Of a stretch of DNA of 64,000 nt, positions 26,120 through 34,485 are shown one piece after another (positions within the stretch are counted from its first letter, which is position 1; every line of letters begins with the position of its first letter). The DNA is from an uncultured Pseudomonadota bacterium (GTDB lineage: Bacteria; Myxococcota_A; Polyangia; Fen-1088). The notes under the pieces were generated by a model, which ran no database searches, was not told the origin of the DNA, and saw only the letters and a program-made list of their open reading frames with translations. Position numbers and translations under genes: made by a program. The DNA lies in the NCBI GenBank assembly GCA_963847705.1, contig CAWKBC010000032.1:256001-320000 (forward strand), read 5' to 3'.

Positions 26120-26440
26120 AGCGAGAGCTCCGCGTGGCTTGGCCACGCGGAGCGGAGGGGGACCGGGCAGAGCGAGCACAGCGTGACGGACGGGGATGCG
26201 AGCGCAGCGTGGCGGACGGGAGAGCGAGCGCAGCGTGGCGGACGCGAGAGCGAGCGCAGCGTGGCGGACGCGAGAGCGAGCGCAGCGTGGCTCTGCCACG
26301 CGGAGCGAGGGGGGACCGGGGGGTGCGAGCGGCAGCGAGCCGCCCCCCGTAAAATCAAAGGGGTGCGAGCGGCAGCGAGCCGCCCCCCGTAAAATCAAAG
26401 GGGTGCGAGCGGCAGCGAGCCACCCCCCGTAAAATCAAAG
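26120..26440. repeat. Composite intergenic REP-like repeat: 26-bp unit x4-5, 40-bp hairpin unit x3, duplicated palindromic flank
   Basis: AGCGAGCGCAGCGTGGCGGACGCGAG from 26171; GGGTGCGAGCGGCAGCGAGCCGCCCCCCGTAAAATCAAAG at 26321, 26361, 26401; GCGTGGC..GCCACGC twice. Confidence 0.88.
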
Positions 26441-27052
26441 CACGAAGTTGACCAGCAGCTTCTCCTCGCCGCGCAGAAGCTCGGTCGGGAACCGCCACTT
26501 CTTGAGATGACTGCTGTAACAGTGGCGGACGTCTCGGGCCGCACCGTCGGCGCCCAGGATCTGCACCAGCTCGACGGCGCCGTTGGCGCCAATCTCGAAG
26601 GCGGCGCCGAGCTCGAGCGGTGGGCCGCGATCGGGATCGTCGAGGCACTCGCGCAGCTCGGGTGCCCGCTCGGCGGCGAAGGCGCGCAACGCCTTCGTGC
26701 GCTCCCCCTCTTCGAGCGGCTTCCCGGCGGGCAGCGGCGTGAGCGCCGCAAGGGCGGCGCGCCCCACCTTGCCATGCCGCGCGACGTGCGACGCGCCGAT
26801 GGCGCCGCCGCCGCCGCTCGCCGCCGGCGGCGCGACGCAGGCGACCGTGGGGGGACAGACGGCGGGCGGCGTGGTGACCGCGGGAACCGCGCGCCTCAGA
26901 GCCAGCAGGTAGCCGGCGCCGCCGCCGGCTGCGAGCAGCAGGAGGGCCAGCGCCGCCAGCGCCGGCCCGCGCGGTCGACCGCCCCCGCGCCGGCCCGGCG
27001 CGCCGCCGCCGGAATGGCGCAACCAGGCGGGGAGATCGGCGGAGGGTGCCAT
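26435..27052 (-). CDS. Single-pass membrane protein with C-terminal TonB-C-like (AgmX/PglI-type) domain
   Basis: TM helix, Pro linker, LRECL..FEIGANGAV..VRHCYSSHLKKWRFP..VNFVL. Confidence 0.7.
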   Translation of the reverse strand: MAPSADLPAWLRHSGGGAPGRRGGGRPRGPALAALALLLLAAGGGAGYLLALRRAVPAVTTPPAVCPPTVACVAPPAASGGGGAIGASHVARHGKVGRAALAALTPLPAGKPLEEGERTKALRAFAAERAPELRECLDDPDRGPPLELGAAFEIGANGAVELVQILGADGAARDVRHCYSSHLKKWRFPTELLRGEEKLLVNFVL

Positions 27053-27072
27053 GGCGTGTCTGCGTCGATCGC

Positions 27073-28152
27073 TCAGTGGCTCGTCGCCAGCGTGGCGACG
27101 CTGCTGCCGAGCTGCTGGATGGCGGCGGCCGGCATCGAACCGATGAGCTGGCAGAAATCGGCGCTCTGCCCGGTGCCGGGATTGGCGGCGTTGAGCGCCG
27201 CCATGAGTGGCGTGAAGTAGAGGTTCGGCGACGGGCCGATGTCGTCGAGCACGTTGAGCGGGAACCCCGTCACCGCTTTGCACTTGGCCTCGAAGTCGGT
27301 CTGGCTCTGCCCTTCGGCGGTGGCGATCGCCACCTGCACCACCTGCGACGGCGAGATGCTGGTGCCGCTCGAGAACGAGAGCCAGGTGACGCCGCCGGAG
27401 GCGTCGGTGTCGAGGAAGATGTCCGTGGGCGAGCGGCCGTTGACGTTGCAAGCGTCGCTCGGCAGCGCGCAGCGCCGGGCGACCGGCTGCAGGTAGACGA
27501 CGATGAACAGATCGCGGGGGCTGTCGAAGAAGGCGCTGCGATCGATCCCACCCTGCCCCGCCGGCAGCGCGGCCGAGTCGAGGCCCTGCCCGAAGCCGAT
27601 CAGGTTTTTCGCCTCGCAGGACTGGCCGTCGCCGTCGAAGTTCCCCGATCCGGCCAGGATCTGCAGCGCCAGCGGCAGGTCGGCGTCGTCGATGTTCGCC
27701 AGCGTCGGCGCGATGATCGGCAGCAGGCTCTGGTAGTTGCTGAGCCCCGCGTCTGCCCCCAGGAGGCCCAGCAGCGCCAGCGCAGGGGGGAGCGACTGGC
27801 TGGAGCTCGAGCCCTGGCGGCCGAGCAGCAGCCGCGGCCCGAACTCGTCACCGTAGGTCGAGATGAGCCCCATGTTCGCGATCGAGAGCCCCCGCGAGCC
27901 CAGGTAGTTCATGAAGCCGGTCATGATCCCGGCGTACTGGTTGGAGAGGTTCACCGAGGTTCGCGCGAGGTTGGCGACGAAGAGGATGCTCGCCGTCAAG
28001 GGAGGTGGCTGCGGCAGCGCGTCGGGGCGGACGGGAAACGGGACCGGGATGTAGATCTTCTTGGTCATCCCGCCGTCGGGGCTGGCGGGCGTGATGATCG
28101 TGCAACCGGCCCCCGCCAGCACCAGAATCAAGAGGAGCGATCGGGTCTTCAT
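27073..28152 (-). CDS. Lipoprotein with degenerate VWA-like fold (CglB-like)
   Basis: LAGAGC lipobox; SILFVANL, MGLIST, LFIVVYL, SADFC pattern resembles myxobacterial VWA lipoproteins; function call is tentative. Confidence 0.55.
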   Translation of the reverse strand: MKTRSLLLILVLAGAGCTIITPASPDGGMTKKIYIPVPFPVRPDALPQPPPLTASILFVANLARTSVNLSNQYAGIMTGFMNYLGSRGLSIANMGLISTYGDEFGPRLLLGRQGSSSSQSLPPALALLGLLGADAGLSNYQSLLPIIAPTLANIDDADLPLALQILAGSGNFDGDGQSCEAKNLIGFGQGLDSAALPAGQGGIDRSAFFDSPRDLFIVVYLQPVARRCALPSDACNVNGRSPTDIFLDTDASGGVTWLSFSSGTSISPSQVVQVAIATAEGQSQTDFEAKCKAVTGFPLNVLDDIGPSPNLYFTPLMAALNAANPGTGQSADFCQLIGSMPAAAIQQLGSSVATLATSH

Positions 28153-29957
28153 AGTGCCACCATCTTTCCCTTGTCCTTCGCCGTCGCGGAGCCACTGCCG
28201 GACTTTCCACTCTCGGCGTGCGACGTTTGGGGCGCCTGCAGGCCACGGGCGCGCAGCGTCTGTCGCAGCGCCGCGTAGAGCGCGCGGCGGGCCTCGGCCG
28301 TCTCGCGCGGCGTCGGCGTGACGACCAGCGAGAGATCCTCCTCCAGCGCCGCGGCCACCGTCCGTGGCAGCGTGGAGAGCGTGCGCGAGGCGACCGTCGC
28401 CGAAGCGGTGCGCAGAAAGCGCGCCAGGATCTCCGTCGGGACCCCCACCACCGTGGCCCCGAGCACCTCCTCGGAGACCAGCTCGAACGACTGCTCGGTG
28501 ATGAGCGCGGCCTCGATCGCGCGCGCCTTGACCGGATCGGCGCGCCGCATGGCGTCCAGGATCTCGGCCTGCTCGTCCATCGGCCGCTCCTCGACCAGCT
28601 CCACCGCCAGATCGATGTCGCCGGTCTGGCCCGAGTCGAGGTGGGCCTGTTCGATGGCCCGCGCCCGCAACGTGGCCGCCACGTCGAGCAGGTGCTCCTT
28701 CGAGAGCGACTTGGGAGAGGCGATGGCCGCCGCCAGCGCCGCGCGCTCGCCGGTGGAGCGCGACTCGAGATAGGTCGAACGCAGATGGGCGGGCGCGTAG
28801 CGCAGCGCCGCCGCCCGCACGCTGGGCGGCTCGGGGTCGAGCACCGCGGCCAGCCGCGCCGGCGACACGCCGAGCAGAAACGCGAACTCCTGCTCGACCG
28901 GATCGTCGGCGCCGACCATCCGGTGTTTGAGGATGCGCCGGTGCAGCTGGTCGACGATCTCGCGCGTGTCCGAGCGGGGCCGTCCGTCGACGAGCAGCGC
29001 AGCGGCCTCGCGCAACGCCGAGGCGCAGGCCGGATCGCCGCGGAGATCCTCCACCACGCCGGGGCCGATGAGCTCGACGGCGACGGCGACCTTTTCGATC
29101 TGGTTCTCGCGCAGGAGCTCCCCCATCACGCGCCGGGCCAGCACCCGATCCTCGCGCAGGGCGCGCCGCACCTCGGGGAGATGATCGACCGCCGCCGGCA
29201 GCGCGCCGGCACCGGAGGCCTCGCCGCGCCGATCGGGGGCGGTCCCCTGCTGGATGTTGCGCCGGGCGCGCCGGTCGGCGAGCGCGCTCAGCAGCGCAAA
29301 GCCGAGCGCCCCGATGAGCAGGCCCAGGACGCCGAGCGCGATGGCCACCACCCAGGGGATTCCATGCGTCCCGTTGTCGACGGCCGGCGCGGGCGGCGGC
29401 GGGGGGATCGGGTACGGCTGCGGCGCCGGCTGCTCCCGCTCACGCTGCGGCGCCGGCTGGGGCGGGGGCGGATAGGCGTAGGGAGACATCTCACGCTGTT
29501 GCGGCTGAGGCCGCGGCGTCGGAAAGGCGATCACGCTCTCGGTGATCTCGACGGGAACGTCGAGCATGTCGAGCTTGCTCTTGAGGAGGTTCTTGAGGTC
29601 CTTGCGAAACTGGGCGGGGAGCTTGGCGTCGAGCGTCACCGCCACCTCGACCCGCTCCGCCACGAACTCGGTCCCGGGCGTCAGCTCCTCGAAGCCGGGC
29701 GCCGCGCCGGCCGGCAGCGCCGTGGGGCGATTGACCCGGACGTCGACGTACTTGAGCTCGGCCTGGCCGGGCGCCATCTCCTCCAGCACCGGGGCGATGC
29801 GCCGCGTGACCTCATCGCGCACGTTCGCTTCCAGCAGCTGCGCGTCGTTGCCGAACGGTGGTCGCCGCTCCGCGCGCGCGGAGCCCGCCGCCAACAGGGT
29901 CGCCAGCGCCACCGCGGCCGCCCCCATCCCGGTTCTCATATGAATGATGCGCTTCAT
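28149..29957 (-). CDS. Membrane-anchored FliG-like rotor protein (exported domain-Pro linker-TM-FliG M and C domains)
   Basis: FAFL..SPARLAAVLDPEPPS matches FliG-M (EHPQ region); ILDAMRRADPVKARAI..LPRTVAAALEEDL..ETAEARR matches FliG-C. Confidence 0.78.
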   Translation of the reverse strand: MKRIIHMRTGMGAAAVALATLLAAGSARAERRPPFGNDAQLLEANVRDEVTRRIAPVLEEMAPGQAELKYVDVRVNRPTALPAGAAPGFEELTPGTEFVAERVEVAVTLDAKLPAQFRKDLKNLLKSKLDMLDVPVEITESVIAFPTPRPQPQQREMSPYAYPPPPQPAPQREREQPAPQPYPIPPPPPAPAVDNGTHGIPWVVAIALGVLGLLIGALGFALLSALADRRARRNIQQGTAPDRRGEASGAGALPAAVDHLPEVRRALREDRVLARRVMGELLRENQIEKVAVAVELIGPGVVEDLRGDPACASALREAAALLVDGRPRSDTREIVDQLHRRILKHRMVGADDPVEQEFAFLLGVSPARLAAVLDPEPPSVRAAALRYAPAHLRSTYLESRSTGERAALAAAIASPKSLSKEHLLDVAATLRARAIEQAHLDSGQTGDIDLAVELVEERPMDEQAEILDAMRRADPVKARAIEAALITEQSFELVSEEVLGATVVGVPTEILARFLRTASATVASRTLSTLPRTVAAALEEDLSLVVTPTPRETAEARRALYAALRQTLRARGLQAPQTSHAESGKSGSGSATAKDKGKMVAL

Positions 29958-29971
29958 GAAACCACTCCCAG

Positions 29972-30685
29972 CTAGTGGACCCTAATCACGACCCTGCGAT
30001 TTTCGCTGCGGGCGCGCGTCTGCGCGGAGGCATCGCCCTGCACGGGCGTGGCCGGCCGCGTGTCGGCGTATCCCTGGGCGGAGAGTCGCTGCGGACTGAC
30101 CCCCGCCGCGGTGAAGGACTTGAGCACGTTGATCGCCCGCGCCGAGGAGAGCTCCCAGTTCGAGTCGAACCGGCCCGTGTGGATCGGGACATCGTCGGTG
30201 TGCCCCTCGATGGCGATCTGGTAGCGGTTGTCGATGGTGGGGAGCAGCTTCCCCACCCGATCGATCGCCGCGCGCCCGGTCGGCGTGATGTCGGCCTGGC
30301 CGCTGTCGAACAGCAGCGCATTCTTCAGCTCCATGCGCAGCCCCTCGTCGTCGACGACGGTCTTCACCTGCTGGGTCAGCCCCTGCGCCGCGATCACCGC
30401 GTCGATCTTCTCCTTCAGCACGTCGAGCGAGGGCGGCGGTGCCTGATGCGAGATCGCCGCGGAGACCATCTCGAACTTGCGCAGGTTCACCTTCGACATG
30501 GCCAGCGCCAGGATCAGAAACGCCAGCAACAGGCTGACCACGTCGACGTAGGGGATGAGCCAGGAGGTGTCGTCCTCCTCGCCGTAGGCCAGCAGATCGC
30601 TGGCATCGGGGCCCCGGCTGGGGCTGGCCTTGGCGGAGCGCTTGGCGCCGCCGCCGGGCCCGCCGCCGGTCTCGAGGCCGATCAC
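29972..30685 (-). CDS. motB: MotB-family stator protein (TM plug plus OmpA peptidoglycan-binding domain)
   Basis: WLIPYVDVVSLLLAF with conserved Asp; LLFDSG, IEGHTDD, NWELSSARA, GYADTRP, NRRV; GTG overlaps motA stop. Confidence 0.9.
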   Translation of the reverse strand: MIGLETGGGPGGGAKRSAKASPSRGPDASDLLAYGEEDDTSWLIPYVDVVSLLLAFLILALAMSKVNLRKFEMVSAAISHQAPPPSLDVLKEKIDAVIAAQGLTQQVKTVVDDEGLRMELKNALLFDSGQADITPTGRAAIDRVGKLLPTIDNRYQIAIEGHTDDVPIHTGRFDSNWELSSARAINVLKSFTAAGVSPQRLSAQGYADTRPATPVQGDASAQTRARSENRRVVIRVH

Positions 30686-31443
30686 GCGGCCTCCGCGGCG
30701 GAGGGGGCACCGCCGCCCGCGCCGGCCAAGAGGCGCAGGTCGTAGAGCGACCGCCCCTCGGCGATGCTGGTGAGCCCGCGCTCGAGCAGGCGCGCCGACA
30801 CCGAGAGGTTGCGTCCGTAGTTCTCGATCCGCTTGGCGAACGGCGACCAGATCGCATACGCCAGGATGAGGCCGTAGAACGTCGCCAGCTGCGCCACCGC
30901 CATCGCCGGGCCCAGCTGCTCGAAGTTCTTCAGGTTGATGAGCATGTTCACGAGGCCAACGATGGTCCCCATCAGGCCGACGGCCGGCGTGGTGCGGGCC
31001 AGAAAGCGGAACACCTCCTCCGCCTCTTTGACCTGCGACAGGCGCGCGTACGACAGCGTCAGCACGGTCTCGCGCGCATCGGCGCCGCCGCCCGGCTGGA
31101 GCAACAACGGACCGACCTCGCGCAGCAGCGGATCCTCGGCCTCGGCGAGCACCTTGGAGGCCTCGACCGTTCGCCCCTGCTTGAGCTCGCGGCCGAACCG
31201 ATAGAGATCGGCGATCATGCGCGACTCGGCCCGCCGCGCGTTGTAGCGCAGCGCCTGGGCCAGGGTCACCACGCCGCGCCAGATCTCGCGCACGTCGTGC
31301 CCCACCAGCAGGATCGACGGCGGCGCCCCCAGCAAGAGGATGAGCGCGGCCGGGTGAAAGAAGCCGGTGAACCCGTTCGGCATGTGGCTGCGCGTGGAGA
31401 CCAGCGTCGCCCACAATCCCGCCAGCCCGATGATGATGTGCAT
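30682..31443 (-). CDS. motA: MotA-family stator protein
   Basis: PAVGLMGTIVGLVNML, LGPAMAVAQLATFYG, PFAKRI, EDPLL motifs; 253 aa. Confidence 0.88.
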   Translation of the reverse strand: MHIIIGLAGLWATLVSTRSHMPNGFTGFFHPAALILLLGAPPSILLVGHDVREIWRGVVTLAQALRYNARRAESRMIADLYRFGRELKQGRTVEASKVLAEAEDPLLREVGPLLLQPGGGADARETVLTLSYARLSQVKEAEEVFRFLARTTPAVGLMGTIVGLVNMLINLKNFEQLGPAMAVAQLATFYGLILAYAIWSPFAKRIENYGRNLSVSARLLERGLTSIAEGRSLYDLRLLAGAGGGAPSAAEAA

Positions 31444-31452
31444 CTTCCCTTT

Positions 31453-32223
31453 CTACTTTCCGAGGCGCTGAAGCGCCTCCAGCACCGCGAGGTTGAAGGG
31501 GTTCAGCCGCAGGGCTTCTTGCCAGGCTTCCCGCGCCAGGTTCTTGTTGCCGAGGCGCTCGTAAAGGGACCCCTTCATCGAGAGGATGTGCTCGTCTTCG
31601 GGGTACTGCCTCTCGAGATCGACCAGCTCCACCAGCCCCAGCTCGTAATGGCGCGTGCGATAGAGATCCTTCACCCGCGCCAGCGTCAGCAGATAGCTCG
31701 CCTTCGCCGCAGGCGGCGTCCCGGCCGCGCCCGGGACCTTGTCGCCCGGCCGCGCGGTCCTCTGTGCCAGACTCCGGTTGGCGTCGCGGTCGGTCGGATG
31801 GGCCGCCCCCTCGTCGACCGCGTCGTCCGGGCCGGGAGCATCGCTCTTGGCGCGCTCGGCGGCCGCCATGTTGTCGGCCATGATCTCGCGATCGGCGGCG
31901 GTCGCCGTGGCCATGTCGATGGACATGGGCGCCGCCGGCTTCCCGCTGAGTGGAACCTTGACCTCGTAGGCGGTCGCGATCTCCGGGAGCTGAATCTCCC
32001 AGTCGCGCACCCCGTCGGTCATCCGCACCACGTAGCGGCTCCGGCCCGGCTGACCCGAGGCGGTGTACGGCGACCCCTGCAGCAGATCGGGCGGCACGCG
32101 CACGTCCGCCGGCATGGCGCCGCCGCTGGCGCAGCCCGCGCCAGCCGCCAGAACGACCGCCGCAAGCACCACGGCCACCCGGGCGACCGCGCCGGACGGA
32201 GAATGGAAACCGGTCTTGGACAT
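31453..32223 (-). CDS. Lipoprotein with C-terminal TPR
   Basis: AGAGC lipobox; MKGSLYERLG..AREAWQEALRLNP. Confidence 0.8.
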   Translation of the reverse strand: MSKTGFHSPSGAVARVAVVLAAVVLAAGAGCASGGAMPADVRVPPDLLQGSPYTASGQPGRSRYVVRMTDGVRDWEIQLPEIATAYEVKVPLSGKPAAPMSIDMATATAADREIMADNMAAAERAKSDAPGPDDAVDEGAAHPTDRDANRSLAQRTARPGDKVPGAAGTPPAAKASYLLTLARVKDLYRTRHYELGLVELVDLERQYPEDEHILSMKGSLYERLGNKNLAREAWQEALRLNPFNLAVLEALQRLGK

Positions 32224-32228
32224 GGATT

Positions 32229-33671
32229 TCACCAATTGAGCGCCACCCGGAGTCGGAACCCCAAGCCTCCCAGATCGTAGCCCGAATAGGTGGTGGGGAA
32301 GACGTACATGAGCCCACCCTCGAAGGAGAGCCGGTACTTGAGGTGCAAATCGAGGCCGCTCTCCAGATAGAACGTGTTCCCCTGGTTGCCGGTGAACATC
32401 CCGCCCGCCTCGCCGTAGGCCCAGAGCTCGGGCTTGTTCAGGTTGGGCGCTGACAGATCGTGCGAGTAGTAGGCGCCGAGCAGGATGGAGTTCAACGCCT
32501 GCGGCTGCTTGCTGGTGCTGGGTGGACCGGTGGTGAAGATGCCGGCGCTGATGCCGAACAGGCTCCCCTGGTTCTCGCCGAACTTCTCGTGGAACCGCAG
32601 CGTCACGTTGGCGCCGACGACGTCTCCTGTCGGACCCTGGTAGCCCATCTGCAGCATTCCGAGCGACGCCGCGTACCCGTAGCTGGGGCGCCCGGCGATC
32701 TTCTGCTCCAGCTCGGCGGCCCGCTCGGCCCGCGTCGGGATGTGCTGCCCCGTGCGGAGGAGCGCCGTCATGGTCCCGTCCGAGCGGTAGGCGTCGCTCC
32801 AGACCACGTTGCCGTCGGAGGCGCGGAACACGCTCGCCTCCATCCAGATGACGTTCTGGTCGGGGCTGAAGGTGAAGTTGACGTCCATGAAGGTCTTGAT
32901 GCCGGTGGTCTCCCCCAGCCGGCGCAAGTCCTCCTGCTTCACCGCGCCGAGGGTGATGACCCAGCTGCCGTTCTCGACCCGCGACCGCAGCGCCTCGCAC
33001 TCGACGCAGAGGTTGATCTTGAGCGCCGTCGCGTTGAGGAGGCGCGCGGTCAGCCGGGCCTCCAGCGTGTGCGCGAACTCGGGGCGCAGGTTGGCCGACA
33101 CGCGCACCAGGCGGATCGCCATCGGCGACAGCAAGTTGGGATCCTCGAGCGCGAGCTTGCGGGCGATCTCGTCGATGATGTCGTCGACCAGCTCGAAGAA
33201 ATCGATGTTGTCGCTGGAGCGCCGGATCAGCTCCTCCATCTGGCTCGGCGAGGCGGGCTGGGGCGGCGCCGGTGGCGGCTCGGTCTGCACGCGCGCGGCG
33301 CCGGTCGCCGTCCCCGAGGTCGACGTGACCGGCCTGACCGGCGGCCGACCCGGTGGCGGCGCATTGGGATCATAAACGGGGCGAGGACGCGCCGGGAACT
33401 CACCATCGATCCGCTGCGGGACCTCGCCGTTCTGCGTCTGGGTCTCCGGAGGCGAGCCGGGCTGGCTCGGTGCGCCCGTGGTCGGCGGCCTGTGGGTGCG
33501 GGTCGCGCCCTCGATCTCCGTCTGCGAGTAGGTGCCGGGCGCGGCCGGCGCAGCGCCGCCGTTCGGGTCGCCGGGATCCTCTGCCCGGGCAACACCCAGG
33601 TGAACGGAAAGAACCGCCGACGCGACCGCGGTCGAGCAGACCAGCTGGGCGCGGCTAAAACGCATATCCAA
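32229..33671 (-). CDS. Exported protein: Pro-rich linker, FlgO/CsgG-like alpha/beta domain, C-terminal OM beta-barrel
   Basis: Signal peptide; RRLG..G..F....ASDGNVVWS pattern; amphipathic strands ending FRLRVALNW. Confidence 0.6.
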   Translation of the reverse strand: MDMRFSRAQLVCSTAVASAVLSVHLGVARAEDPGDPNGGAAPAAPGTYSQTEIEGATRTHRPPTTGAPSQPGSPPETQTQNGEVPQRIDGEFPARPRPVYDPNAPPPGRPPVRPVTSTSGTATGAARVQTEPPPAPPQPASPSQMEELIRRSSDNIDFFELVDDIIDEIARKLALEDPNLLSPMAIRLVRVSANLRPEFAHTLEARLTARLLNATALKINLCVECEALRSRVENGSWVITLGAVKQEDLRRLGETTGIKTFMDVNFTFSPDQNVIWMEASVFRASDGNVVWSDAYRSDGTMTALLRTGQHIPTRAERAAELEQKIAGRPSYGYAASLGMLQMGYQGPTGDVVGANVTLRFHEKFGENQGSLFGISAGIFTTGPPSTSKQPQALNSILLGAYYSHDLSAPNLNKPELWAYGEAGGMFTGNQGNTFYLESGLDLHLKYRLSFEGGLMYVFPTTYSGYDLGGLGFRLRVALNW

Positions 33672-34485
33672 CCTCGAAGCGGATGCCGTTTCGGTCGGCG
33701 CGCAGGCTGCTGCTCAGCGCCTCGTCCAGCACGGGATCGGGCACCTTCTTGTCGTCGTCCAAGCTTGCTCCCGTGTAGAACGCATATTCGAACACGTATT
33801 CGATGCTCATCCGGAAGGACCGGAACCCCAACGCCAGACCCGCGCCGAGGCAGACGCTGTTGGCCCGGCCAGATCCGCTGTGATACATCGATCCCTCGGG
33901 GGTGGGCGTGGTGTTGCTGTACAGCGCCAGGTCGGAGGTCATGAACGAGAGCCCCGTGTCGACGAAGGGCGTGAAGTCGCGATCGAGCAAGTACCATCGG
34001 CCGCGCAGCCCGTAGGCCGTGCGTCCGCAGGCAGAGGTCGAGTTCCCGGACCCGTCCTGACAGGAGATCGGACGCCATCCCAGCCAGACGCCGAGCGCCG
34101 CATGGCGGAGAAAGTCCCAGGAGAAGGCGAGGCCATAGCTCGCCAGACCGGTCCCGAAGAACGCCTCGAACGCCAGCGGGCGGGTCACCCGCCAGGGTTG
34201 CGTCGCATCGATCCACTGCTGGATGCGCGCCTCCCGCGTCAGCTGCTGGGTGGCGACCTGTTGACTCCGGTCGGCGGCCAGGCGGTCCTCGAACCGTTCG
34301 AGGCGGCAGGCCCGGCGCACGTTCTCCGCGGCCGGGGTGGTGTCGGCGATGTCGAGCGCGCGCGCCGCCTCGCAGGGGTCCTCCGGCTGCTGCTGCACCA
34401 GCGACTGCGCGCGGGCGCCGGTGGCGCCGACGGCCTCCAGGACGACCGCGACGGGGAAGGCCAGCACCAGGGCCCAGCGATTCAC
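33655..34485 (-). CDS. Outer-membrane beta-barrel protein
   Basis: Signal peptide; alternating strands (FTPFVDTGL); C-terminal IRFEVGYAF BAM signal. Confidence 0.75.
   Translation of the reverse strand: MNRWALVLAFPVAVVLEAVGATGARAQSLVQQQPEDPCEAARALDIADTTPAAENVRRACRLERFEDRLAADRSQQVATQQLTREARIQQWIDATQPWRVTRPLAFEAFFGTGLASYGLAFSWDFLRHAALGVWLGWRPISCQDGSGNSTSACGRTAYGLRGRWYLLDRDFTPFVDTGLSFMTSDLALYSNTTPTPEGSMYHSGSGRANSVCLGAGLALGFRSFRMSIEYVFEYAFYTGASLDDDKKVPDPVLDEALSSSLRADRNGIRFEVGYAF

Noticed and set aside
26171-26440. Possible CRISPR array
   Set aside because: Repeats are directly tandem with no unique spacers, and no cas genes are present
29972-31443. Zorya anti-phage system (ZorAB)
   Set aside because: The MotA-like protein is only 253 aa without the long ZorA tail; no ZorC/D/E; the neighbour is FliG-like
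28149-31443. Ordinary flagellar operon, or ExbBD/TolQR/AglRQS motor
   Set aside because: No other flagellar genes in the window and the FliG-like protein has its own signal and TM; the B subunit has a MotB plug and OmpA domain rather than an ExbD/TolR domain
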